A stretch of 64,000 bases of DNA, taken from assembly GCA_000004985.1 (NCBI GenBank), contig GG738852.1, one strand, 5' to 3'. This document shows, in pieces, positions 21,049 to 31,453 of the stretch (positions within the stretch are counted from its first letter, which is position 1; each line of letters begins with the position of its first letter). The notes beneath the pieces are model-generated. The model saw only the letters and a list, made by a program, of their open reading frames with translations. It was not told the origin of the DNA and ran no database searches. The stretch is from Naegleria gruberi. Taxonomy: Eukaryota. The position numbers were made by a program, and so were the translations under genes.

Positions 21049-24000
21049 TTAATTAAAGTAAATACAATTATCACACATTTTCTTTTCTGGTTGATTCTTT
21101 GAAATTTCCTCATCCATACATTTTGTACATCTTTTGAGAACTGATCCAACCCGATTGACCTTTCTATCTTCATACAATTCTTCTAGACACAACTTGCAGG
21201 CATACATTTTCATTTGAGAATTACCTTTCAAGAAAACTTCCCTCAACTCAGATCTTGGTTGTAAACAATAATCACAAACCATTACTTTGGATTTGCTTGT
21301 TTCATGAAGTTGTGAATTATCTTTTTGATTACATTGAATGCACATGTATTTGGAACAACTCTTACACCAAAATCTTGCAATTCCACCACAATCACCACAT
21401 AATAGATATTTAGGACCTTGATTTTCTTTTTTAGGTTGTGGTTTTGGAAGAGGTTTCTTTCTTACTATGTTTCTATTCGAATGAGTAGGAGTCTCCTCTT
21501 CAATGATGTCACTATTTGAAACTCTTTCAGTTTTCATTTGATTATTTCTTGAAGATGATTCAGAGGATGATTGTGGAAGGGATGGAAGTGGTTTGTTGCC
21601 AATAACATTTCTTCCATTCAATCGATTTCTTGAGGCTCCAATATTTTGTAATTTCACATCAACTTGATTATTGAACGATTCTTCTTTGAATCTTGCTAAG
21701 GTTGGACGAGAAGGTAATGTTTTTTTTTCTGGAATATTTCTAACGGCGTTTTCAACAATGGTAATTCGTGCTTCTCTTTTTGGAACATTGGATTCATTTC
21801 TCTTTTTGGACAATGGCTTGGATTCAGAATCGGATGAGTCATTGTTACTGGAATCATCTTCATAGCTATCATCTTCCTCACTTCCACTTTCATCGCTTGT
21901 TTCCTCATTATTCGAATCACTTTCGTCTGTTTCACTTCCACTCCTTTCGCTACTATTGTTCTCACTATCCAACAACTCATCTGCATCATCAAATCCCTTC
22001 TCCCTCAATGGTGGTGGTAGGAATTGTTTCAAATACTCCTCCATATCTTTCTTCTCCTTCAAATATTGTTTTACCTTCTCCTTTCTCTTTCGATTAATTC
22101 TCCTTGCCACACAAAACCTAATCACCACCAACAAGACAACATATCCAATAGCCACAACACCTGAAACAATTGGAAACCACAAATAATTCGGATAGGTCAA
22201 AAACCATTCCACAAACGGATTGAAAACCTGATACAAAACAGATGCCTTCTTCTTTTCTTCATTTTCTTTCAGATTTTCTTGTTTCTTTGCAAGATTTTCA
22301 TTAAAAACTTTTTGTTTTTCAATAAAAGACAATTGAGCTTCAGAATAGGTCCTTTCATAATAGTAGGAAATAATTGGACCAGGTAATCTTTGAAAATTTG
22401 GACCATAGGAGAAGGTTTTCACATGGAGTGGAGGTCCAAATATGTATAATTGCTTTTCATCGTATTCGAGACAGGTCATGTTGGATTCTTCTCTTCCATA
22501 ACAGAGAATGACAATACTTGTCTTGGTTTTGTAGGGTTGTAAAAGTCGAAGTTGGAAGGGAGAATCGAATTGGTGATCGGTTGGTTTGGGTTTGATGAGT
22601 GGTTGTAAATCTCTTTCTCTAATGTGAAATGTTATTTTTGAGAGAAGTCCAGCTCTGTGTCCATCACAATCGGTGGACATGGACAAATCATAGTCACCGG
22701 TAATATTGGCTTGATAGGTAAATTGTTTCAATTCTTCCAGATTCATTGCATAACTCCACACAACTTTGGTCTGATTGAAAACTAGCTTAATATTGTAAAC
22801 ATAATCCATTGGACTTGTTTCATTATTATGAAATTCATCGAATTGAAATTCTATAGGACTAAATGAAATCTTCATCTCCCCGACTGGATAATACATTTGT
22901 GAGAGGATGGTCGATTCCAATTCCTTATAACTTCCCATCGAATTGAAAAAGTGAAATTCAGCACTTGGTGGCGAGAGTGAAGATTTCGCCAAGACACACG
23001 TTTCGTATTTGGTACTGTAAATATAATCAGGGAGGCATTGACAATCCTTGATGGATTTTCTTGGAAGGAGACTTCCTGTAGTTGTTTCCATTGGACATGC
23101 TTGACATTTACTTGTGTCCTTATTGAAGAATCGACCGAATGGACATAGACACGTGGATGTCGATGGCTCCTGAATCATTTTAGAATCTGGACATGATAAA
23201 GTCAAGCATTTGCCGTTTCCATAGAGAACTGAAGTTTCGAATGAGCAAGTTTGGGGTGTGAAATAGTTTTGATTGAGTATTTGATTTCCAAGTAGGGAAT
23301 TGTAGAGTTTGAAATTGGAAATCATTCCTGGGAAGAACATGGTTGGAGTTGGGCTGAGAAAGTTGACTAAACCTCCAATAACTAAAGAGCTAGATGAAGA
23401 TTGACTAAGGGAAAAGTAACAAGTACCAATTACTGAATTATCTCTGAAAAGAGTTAGTATCTTGTTTAGTTCATCATATTGTAAAGTAAATAAATGCCAA
23501 TCTGTATCGTGGGCGAAACTTGTCGAAATGAGAAATGTTTCTGTTGAATTAATCTTTTTAACTTGCATATAAACTGACTTGTAGGGAGATGCTGCTGAGA
23601 ATGAATCTAAATTCATTTGGAAAATCCAATCAGAGAATGAAACTATTCCATAGCCAATTTTGTAATTCTTCAAAATAAAATCAAATTGATTGAAATCGGC
23701 AAGTTTCAGATGCATTGAAATTGTGAAAGAAGATTCGAATGAATGTTTCGTATAGACATTTGGAATGGATAAGAGTTTTTTCAGGGCCACCTGACATGAA
23801 TTTTCTGAGCCTTGATTTCCACTTGAAATTATTGTTAAATGTTCTTGTTGTAAACTTTCGTCTAAAATACCAAATGAATTTCCTTTCAAGGTACATGGAG
23901 CCAACACTTCACCTCCAGAATCTTTCGAATAATATCCAATAGGAATAGGTTGACATGAATTTCCAACTCTATACCTTTTGCCATCTTTACATTTGAAAGC

Positions 24001-25668
24001 ACAATTTTCAGAACTTTCTCCCGATTGAGTATAAATCACCTGATTAATTGGTCCATTATTACAGACATACAATAATCCATCACCTGGCGAATAATTTCCA
24101 GGACTACATAATTTACAATTTGGTCCATATCTTCCCTTCTCACAGTTATAAGTTGTGGTTGTCCTTGAAGTTCTCAATTTACTTGTTTTACCATTGATTG
24201 TGAAAGAGTTTGTTGATGGTTGGTTAATGAGGATTGAATTGATGGATCTTGAAGAGGATTCTGTTGTTATCAAGCTGTTAAAGATGTTCTTGTAATCTCC
24301 TTCAATATTCGAATCTCTTGTCCATGAAAGTGAGTTAATTGCTTGTATGACATCAAATGTTGAAGTTTGTAATTGAGAATCAGAGTGAAAGATTGAGCCG
24401 GGTTTGTTTTTCAATGTGGGATCATAGATTTGAACTTCAATTGCATCTGGAGTGAGTACAAGTGTTTTACTTGCGTTTTGTGAATTACTTGATAGGGAAT
24501 AGCCAAAAGAAATGGTCAATTGTGGATCAGGCATTGTGAAATAAGAAATTGTTTCTTGATAAAATTCATTCAAGAAATCAAATTCAGATTCTTGAATAAT
24601 TGCGTCACCCTGAATGAATAGAGTTGCTAATTGCTCTGTCACTTGTCCATTGAGTGTGAATTTGTTTTCAACAATTTCCATCAGTTGACTAACAATAGAG
24701 TTGTGTCTATCGATAAATTCAATGGATCCACAAAACGAAGCTACCAAATCAAATGTCTTTCCTCCAGCACCTTCACTAATCACATCATTTTTCAAAGTAT
24801 GAAAACATGACTTGGAATTATATGTGAAAGTTAATGTTGAATTGACCAGGTTATATCTTCCAGAATTGATAAATGTTTTCAACTTGGAGAATGCCAAACT
24901 CGTATCTTCATTCAAATTATAATAAATGTCAAATTGATTCACATATTGATTCAATGCATCTCTATATCTTTTTACAATTTCATTGAAAATTGTTTGTAAA
25001 CTTCTCAATTCCAATTTGAATGCAAGAACTTTATCAGCAAACATGTCAGCATCCATTCCAGCATCTCTTCCCCAAATTACAATAGTTTCTAAATGTTGAG
25101 ATAGGATGAATAATCTCTTTTCCTGAAGCAACATTTGTATCAAGTCTGATTTTAAAGTTGAGACAAGAGACAAGTGATAGAACATATTTCTTGTAGGGAG
25201 GAGAGTCAGCAAACTATTACTTGCGCAATTGGTAAAGAAAGTTCCCATTGGATATATACAAGAATCGGTATTCTGCAAATTGAGATAACATCTATAGGTG
25301 GATGACCAATGTCCAATTAAATTTCCATTGGCATCCCTTAGATAGCCAACTAAATGTTCGAGATTTGCCAATTTAATTCGATCATAGAATTGAGAGGGTG
25401 TTCCACAAACATAGGTTGCTCCAGATTGATAACTGGTCGATGAATAGGGAACAGTTGGGGTGATATTCTTCATAAGTTGTGGAATACTCAAATCAATAGA
25501 TCTGGCCTCAAGTTGTGAGAGGAGAAGATTTGTAATCTTGTTGATGATTTTATTTTCAACAGTGGAGAGGGAGTTACCATCGTCCTGGAATGAAAATGTA
25601 CAGAGAAGAAGTGTTACTAAGAGAAGGAGTGTGAGTGATGGTGTTGAAAGGTAAATTGTATTTTTCAT
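21049..25668 (-). CDS. Large type-I membrane protein. It has a signal peptide (MKNTIYLSTPSLTLLLLVTLLLCTFS), an ectodomain of about 1150 aa with Cys-rich EGF/laminin-EGF-like modules, a single TM (FPIVSGVVAIGYVVLLVVIRFCV), a highly acidic Ser/Asp/Glu cytoplasmic stretch and two C-terminal B-box-like zinc fingers.
   Basis: Uninterrupted 4.6-kb ORF. The Cys-rich modules are GRYGPNCKLCSPGNYSPGDGLLYVCNN...CAFKC and CLTLSCPDS...CLCPFGRFFNKDTSKCQACP. The C-terminal zinc fingers are CGDCGGIARFWCKSCSKYMCIQCNQKDNSQLH and CDYC...CKLC...CTKC...CDNC. The ATG at 25668..25666 starts the hydrophobic signal. Confidence 0.7.
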   Translation of the reverse strand: MKNTIYLSTPSLTLLLLVTLLLCTFSFQDDGNSLSTVENKIINKITNLLLSQLEARSIDLSIPQLMKNITPTVPYSSTSYQSGATYVCGTPSQFYDRIKLANLEHLVGYLRDANGNLIGHWSSTYRCYLNLQNTDSCIYPMGTFFTNCASNSLLTLLPTRNMFYHLSLVSTLKSDLIQMLLQEKRLFILSQHLETIVIWGRDAGMDADMFADKVLAFKLELRSLQTIFNEIVKRYRDALNQYVNQFDIYYNLNEDTSLAFSKLKTFINSGRYNLVNSTLTFTYNSKSCFHTLKNDVISEGAGGKTFDLVASFCGSIEFIDRHNSIVSQLMEIVENKFTLNGQVTEQLATLFIQGDAIIQESEFDFLNEFYQETISYFTMPDPQLTISFGYSLSSNSQNASKTLVLTPDAIEVQIYDPTLKNKPGSIFHSDSQLQTSTFDVIQAINSLSWTRDSNIEGDYKNIFNSLITTESSSRSINSILINQPSTNSFTINGKTSKLRTSRTTTTYNCEKGRYGPNCKLCSPGNYSPGDGLLYVCNNGPINQVIYTQSGESSENCAFKCKDGKRYRVGNSCQPIPIGYYSKDSGGEVLAPCTLKGNSFGILDESLQQEHLTIISSGNQGSENSCQVALKKLLSIPNVYTKHSFESSFTISMHLKLADFNQFDFILKNYKIGYGIVSFSDWIFQMNLDSFSAASPYKSVYMQVKKINSTETFLISTSFAHDTDWHLFTLQYDELNKILTLFRDNSVIGTCYFSLSQSSSSSLVIGGLVNFLSPTPTMFFPGMISNFKLYNSLLGNQILNQNYFTPQTCSFETSVLYGNGKCLTLSCPDSKMIQEPSTSTCLCPFGRFFNKDTSKCQACPMETTTGSLLPRKSIKDCQCLPDYIYSTKYETCVLAKSSLSPPSAEFHFFNSMGSYKELESTILSQMYYPVGEMKISFSPIEFQFDEFHNNETSPMDYVYNIKLVFNQTKVVWSYAMNLEELKQFTYQANITGDYDLSMSTDCDGHRAGLLSKITFHIRERDLQPLIKPKPTDHQFDSPFQLRLLQPYKTKTSIVILCYGREESNMTCLEYDEKQLYIFGPPLHVKTFSYGPNFQRLPGPIISYYYERTYSEAQLSFIEKQKVFNENLAKKQENLKENEEKKKASVLYQVFNPFVEWFLTYPNYLWFPIVSGVVAIGYVVLLVVIRFCVARRINRKRKEKVKQYLKEKKDMEEYLKQFLPPPLREKGFDDADELLDSENNSSERSGSETDESDSNNEETSDESGSEEDDSYEDDSSNNDSSDSESKPLSKKRNESNVPKREARITIVENAVRNIPEKKTLPSRPTLARFKEESFNNQVDVKLQNIGASRNRLNGRNVIGNKPLPSLPQSSSESSSRNNQMKTERVSNSDIIEEETPTHSNRNIVRKKPLPKPQPKKENQGPKYLLCGDCGGIARFWCKSCSKYMCIQCNQKDNSQLHETSKSKVMVCDYCLQPRSELREVFLKGNSQMKMYACKLCLEELYEDRKVNRVGSVLKRCTKCMDEEISKNQPEKKMCDNCIYFN

Positions 25669-25810
25669 TTTTTTTAATCTAAGCAATTAAGGTAAATTCC
25701 TAATTTGGATGAAGAGTTTGCATATAATTTTTGTTGGATTCTTAATAATATGGAAATATTCTAACGATAAAATTAATAATAGTGGTCTTAGTTTATTTAT
25801 ATACAAAGAA

Positions 25811-28052
25811 TTATTGCTGCTCTTGTTGTCCTTTAAGTGCAACATCCAGAATGGCTTGAAGCTTGTCAACTTCACATTGTGCAACAGTTTTGAGAGATCC
25901 GTTTTCTGTTTTTTTGCCAGCAGTGTTTCCACTGTCTTTATCCTTATTTTCTGGAGGTCGTCTAAGATTTGGAGAAAGCTTTAATGTCTGTACGAGACCC
26001 TTGTCATCACCAACCAAAAGACAGAAGCTCATCTTGTGTAAAGCTTCAACAGCTTTTTGTTGAGCTTGTGGGTTCTTACTGTCAAAGAAGGAACTGTCAT
26101 ACAGATAATCAGCTGAAGTAATCGGATTGAATTGAACGTGGGTAAGTTTGGCCTTTTTCACAATCAACGAACAAGCATCTGTAAGAGAGTCTCTCTTGTT
26201 AATACTTAAATCATAAACTTGAACTCTACCGTCATCAGTGACAGCTGCAAAAATAGTGGAAGAGTATGGAGCCCAATCGACACCGCCAACACCACTGCCT
26301 AGATCGAATGTCATTAATGGTTGAGCATGATTCATATCCCAGAGTTTGACATTCCAGTCAGCACTAGCTGAAAGGAAAACGTTAGAGTGGAAATGATTCC
26401 ACTTGACACTATACACATTCATGTGGTGACCTTCATATGTTCTGAGATATTGAGAGTTGTAAGCTTTGGAGCATAAGTGAATTTTACCTTCCTCAGTACC
26501 AACAACAAACAAGTGTGGATGTTTTGGATTAAAGTCAAAGCAGGTACCACCAGAATAGGCTACCAAAAAGTCTTCCGTAATCTTTGAAGGATTCATTTGT
26601 GTGAAAGACGCATTTGTTGAGAAGGATTTTTCTCCATCAAAAGTTGCTGACAGAGCTTCAACTTTCAAATGCATAATGTCGGTATATTGCAATTCATTCT
26701 TTGAAAGAGTCCAATTAGTAACTCTACCGTCACTACTGACAGAGAATACTGAAAGAGATGATGAAAGACTTTCAGTTTCCCACTTGAGTTGCCACACAAC
26801 ACCATTGTGTTTACCATTTTTAACTGTTGAATAGATGAGTGGCTTTGTATCCTTTTGTCTAATATCGAAAATCATACAAGTACCATCATATAAACCAACA
26901 GCAAGAAGAGATGGATGTTTAGGATGGAAATCCAAACACATTGCGCCTGATTCAGTATGGAAAGAATATTCTGGAACACCTGGATTTTTCAATGTATAGA
27001 TACAGACCAAACCACCTGCTTGTTTCAAAAAGTTGTAACTACCATAACTGACTGCAAATAGATCAGAATATTTAGGATTCCAACAAACACCAGTGACAGA
27101 CATTTTCTTCTTTTCTGGATAAGGGAATCTCCAAAGTGGCAAGAGAGAACCTTCAGTTCTTCTCTTTTTATCTTCCACAACATCATCCGAAGGATCATCC
27201 CAGTATTTGTAATCGTGAAGAATTTCTTCCATAGAATTTTGATTTAGCATTCTTTCCATAAGTTTTAAGGTTGAGCTCATTTCCTTTGTGTGAATAATTT
27301 CTTGAGGTGTCTTGGCTCTAAGAGGCTTCTTTGATTTTCCTGATGATTTTCCGCTTTGTTTCTTTAATTCTTCAAAGTGCTGTTGATAGAAATCATGAAT
27401 TTCCCATTGTGTAGCTGTAATTTCGAAAAGTTCTGCTGCTGGAGGTTCTGTCATGATTTCCATTTCCTTCATTGGATAGTTGAATGTTTGTACTTCTCTG
27501 TCGGAATAGTTGAATTGATTTCTCAAAACATCCTTCTTTTGTAAAATATCTTCAGCCCCCATACCGTCAGTTTCCACATCGGCTTGTTCTTTGAGCTTCT
27601 TTTTTAATAATTCTCTTCTTAGTTCATTTTCTTCCTTTTGAAGTTTTGCTTCGGTACCATCTTTCAAAATAAGGAAACTATTTAAATTTCAATAACAACA
27701 ATTTTCTTAAAAACACATACCCATCATCGGCAAAGTGGAAAGCTGCTTGTTCCACCGTGTGATCGAATTTAAATGTTCTATCTTCGTGGTTAAATCTTAC
27801 AATATTTTCTGGAGCATTAGGATTTGTTCCTTCCAAAATTCTATCAACTTCCTGATTTAATTCCTCTTCACTAAGAGCTATTTGATCATCAATTTTATGG
27901 ACTTTCTTACTTAATTGTCCTCCAAAATGAGATGAAGGTGGTTCATCAAAACTTCCTTGAGCCTCAGGTCTTCTTCCAACATTTGCATTAGCAGCTTTAT
28001 CATTGCTTGGAATGGTCTTTTTAGCTGCTTGTGGGGCTGTTGCTTTTTTCAT
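25811..28052 (-). CDS. Axonemal (outer-arm type) dynein intermediate chain, a WD40 protein. Exon 1 is 28052..27721, intron 27720..27678 (43 nt, GTATGT..AAATAG), exon 2 is 27677..25811.
   Basis: The N-terminal block ILEGTNPNAPENIVRFNHEDRTFKFDHT and the block FNYSDREVQTFNYPMKEMEIMTEPP match dynein intermediate-chain N-terminal regions. WD40 repeats follow. The exon join is phase-2 compatible (GG|T). Confidence 0.78.
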
Positions 28053-28785
28053 TTTTTTTGAATTGTATTTTAATGTAGATATTGCAGTCTGATTTTGGCG
28101 GGCTTTGTATTTCAACCTCCACTAACATTATTTATAATATCGTATCAGTTTTACTGAAAATACAAATTGCTATTATCGATTAACGAAAAAAGAGTAATTC
28201 AATCTCAAAGAACCATTTTTTGAAATATCTTACAATAAACAGTATCATGAACCAATTGGCTGTTTTTCATTATTGAACCCATGATTACAAACAGCTTCCT
28301 ATCCACAATTAGATATTTGAACAAAAGGAGTCTTGTGATGAAGAAAAATTAGCGAAAAAATTAACTTGAAGTTGATCTTTTGTTGCTCATCAACACAATC
28401 CTCCCTTACCCTGAAGGCGCTTCTTCATCAAGAGTCGAAATTCTCTCTCTATCATAATAGGAGGAACATCATAATTATCAATTTATTAAAAACCTAGTAC
28501 ATTCCCAATAGTATCACCGCCACCGATTTTTATCATCAACACAGACGAAAAATATACTTTGATTTTTTGAGCGTTGTCATCATCATATAATTGTATCATC
28601 ACACAAGAACCACCAATCTCTCTCCATTAATGAAAGAAAATTCCTATCAAGCCATCACCTTCTCCTTCTCTTCCTATTCAAACAACTTCTTTTTCAACAA
28701 TAACAATAATTTTCGATTTTTCAACAGATCCTCATCATCACAACAATATTAATCAACACATTTTCCGTACTCCTCCTTTGTCATT

Positions 28786-31398
28786 ATGAATTACTTTGGT
28801 AGTAGTAGAAATTCTGGAAATATTAAACTTAGTTCTAGCCAACAAAGTACTTCAAGCGTACTCAGCACTCAATCAAATCAAAGCGCAACAAGTAGCTTTT
28901 CAACAACTACATTTGCCAGTAGTATTAGTAGTTCAAGCACAGTAGGCTTACCAAACTATACTCAACCATCAAGAACATCACCAGAAGAAATGGAAGACAG
29001 AAATGAGATTCTCAATGCTGAGCCACATATTCTATGTTCCAATAGTATTAATATTAGTCCAAATCCACTTGAAAAGAAAGCTGGAGGTTCGGGACTTAAT
29101 GCACTCAGTGCCTCTCCAGATTCTAGATTAATTGCTGTTGGTGGTAGAAAATTGTTCAGAATTGTTAGAGCTTCTTTTCAGGAAGATGAGAAAAAGTTCA
29201 AACTTGATATTCCCATCACAATTTATTATTCTGGTAAGAAGAGTATGGATTTTGCTGTTGTAGATCTGAAATGGCATCCAACTTTACCTAATGTCATTGC
29301 GACTGCCCCTCCAAATGGTAAGGTAATTTTGTGGAATGTAAATAGTAGCTCAAAAAGTGGTAAAATCATTACCAGATTTAATGGTCACGAATGTACAGTC
29401 AACTCACTTTGTTGGCAACCACACCAAGAAAATCTTTTACTTAGTGCGAGTGTAGATCATACCTGTCGTTTGTGGGATAAGAGACAAGGTGGTGATTCAG
29501 TTCATACATTTAATTGTGGAAGTGTTGTAAGAAGTATCAAATTTAACACATTTTTCCCAAATGTATTTGCTGCAGCAACAGATGGAGGTGACTTCCAAGT
29601 TTGGGACATTCGTAAACCTAATCTGTATCAAAAGAAAATTCCTGCTCACAATGGTCTAATTTTATCACTAGATTGGCATCCAAAGAAGGGTGGGTTTATT
29701 GCAACAGGAGGTAGAGATCGTGTCATTAAGGTATGGGATTTGAATGACACAAAGAAACCAATCTCTACAGTTCAAACTATTGCTAGTATAGCCAAGATTG
29801 CCTGGAGACCTGGTAATTATAACTATCATTTGGCCAGTTGTGCTAAGAATGATGTTGGCTCAACTAGTAATATCAATTTGTGGGATATCAGTTCAAGATA
29901 TGTACCACTTTTGAGTTTTACTGGGCAACGTGCTGATGTCACAGATATTGCCTGGATGAATAATTATCCAAATTTAATGATGAGTTGCTCTAAGGATAAT
30001 ACTTTCATGATTCACAGTGTGTATGAAGCTGAATATGAAAAGGCTTCCCTTCCAACAAGTGCTCTCTCTTGGAATATTAATAATGAACTAGTGCACGCCA
30101 ATGACGAAATTGATAGACAACAACACGAACGATATCAAACCATCTTACAAACAGTTGCAACTAATCCACCATCAGTTATCAAGCAAATCAATAGAGAGAC
30201 TGAAATGTTTACTTTCAAAGAAGCACACATTGACAAATCAATCAATATCAGCAAGAATATTACTCAAGATAATGATTTATTTGCCGAATCAGATGTTTCC
30301 AATGTCAAGTACCTTGCTGAGAATTATGATCTCTTCAGTGATGACACCTACCAAGTTAAGTGTGACAGAAATGCCTTTGTTGCCTCTTCTATTAATAATT
30401 ACAAATTGGAAAAACTATGGAAATTGGTCAAGGATCTTCACACCCCTTCCACAACTAAGAATGAGGAACCAGAAATTTTGGAAGATAATATTGTTTCAGC
30501 CAGTGAAAACACTACCATCCATTCCAACATTTTTGAAGACTCTAATTCTCTCATTTTCCAATCTGAAGAAGGAGACGACACCTCTGAAGAAAAATACAGT
30601 CGCTCCAATTCATTCGACAATTACCCTTCTAACCATATGCTCTACTCACCTCTTAAAACTCCTAGCTCTTTCCACAATGATACCCTCAATTTATCAACTC
30701 CTCCTACAAACAACAGCATTCGAAAGAAGGCAAGAGATGCTATTTCTCAAGATTTCCCACAACCACCAAAACTAACTCTATTTACTACTGGCGAAGAAGA
30801 AAAACTCAAATCTAATATTCAATCATTTGATGATATGGAAAAACAACATGTATCCATTGCCAAAGAAGCCCACTCATCCAGTTTGTCCTTTGAAGATGAT
30901 GACGAACTGGAAAGTCTGTACGAGTCTTCTATTCAGGAAACAATTGAATATTATGCAGAGATGGGTGACATTCAAACTTGTGTATCACTTATTGAAGTAC
31001 TTGATAAGAAACAAAATATGAGTGGAGAAAGAGAGGCTCAATGGTATTTGAGTTATATTGAACTTTTGAATAGACACAAACTGTTTACATGTGCTAACGA
31101 GTTGATCAATGGGTGTACAAATTACGAGGTACACCACCTGAACAAGCAATCAACCTCTATTAGAACTAGCTGCGGAAAGTGTGACAGTCTTTTACAAAAT
31201 ACAGACACTACATGTAAGAAATGCTCAACCAGAACGAATATGTGTGTAATTTGTCACTTGCCAGTGGACGGTCTGTTTTACTGGTGTCAAAGATGTGGCA
31301 ATGGAGGACATCTCAATCATATGTGTGAATGGTTTGCCAAATACAAACACTGTCCAGTTTGTCTCAGTCACGTTAGCAAACTCCAAACTCTTACCTAA
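28786..31398 (+). CDS. WD40 protein with a C-terminal RING-like zinc finger; GATOR2 subunit WDR24/Sea2-like (WDR59 or MIOS not excluded).
   Basis: 870-aa ORF. N-terminal WD repeats (WHP..., VWD/LWD motifs). The C-terminal finger is CGKCDSLLQNTDTTCKKCSTRTNMCVICHLPVDGLFYWCQRCGNGGHLNHMCEWFAKYKHCPVCLSHV, as in SEA/GATOR2 components. Confidence 0.55.
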   Translation: MNYFGSSRNSGNIKLSSSQQSTSSVLSTQSNQSATSSFSTTTFASSISSSSTVGLPNYTQPSRTSPEEMEDRNEILNAEPHILCSNSINISPNPLEKKAGGSGLNALSASPDSRLIAVGGRKLFRIVRASFQEDEKKFKLDIPITIYYSGKKSMDFAVVDLKWHPTLPNVIATAPPNGKVILWNVNSSSKSGKIITRFNGHECTVNSLCWQPHQENLLLSASVDHTCRLWDKRQGGDSVHTFNCGSVVRSIKFNTFFPNVFAAATDGGDFQVWDIRKPNLYQKKIPAHNGLILSLDWHPKKGGFIATGGRDRVIKVWDLNDTKKPISTVQTIASIAKIAWRPGNYNYHLASCAKNDVGSTSNINLWDISSRYVPLLSFTGQRADVTDIAWMNNYPNLMMSCSKDNTFMIHSVYEAEYEKASLPTSALSWNINNELVHANDEIDRQQHERYQTILQTVATNPPSVIKQINRETEMFTFKEAHIDKSINISKNITQDNDLFAESDVSNVKYLAENYDLFSDDTYQVKCDRNAFVASSINNYKLEKLWKLVKDLHTPSTTKNEEPEILEDNIVSASENTTIHSNIFEDSNSLIFQSEEGDDTSEEKYSRSNSFDNYPSNHMLYSPLKTPSSFHNDTLNLSTPPTNNSIRKKARDAISQDFPQPPKLTLFTTGEEEKLKSNIQSFDDMEKQHVSIAKEAHSSSLSFEDDDELESLYESSIQETIEYYAEMGDIQTCVSLIEVLDKKQNMSGEREAQWYLSYIELLNRHKLFTCANELINGCTNYEVHHLNKQSTSIRTSCGKCDSLLQNTDTTCKKCSTRTNMCVICHLPVDGLFYWCQRCGNGGHLNHMCEWFAKYKHCPVCLSHVSKLQTLT

Positions 31399-31453
31399 AT
31401 TATTAAACTTTACCTTTTATTATCTTTTATTATTTCACAAATCTTACCCAAGT

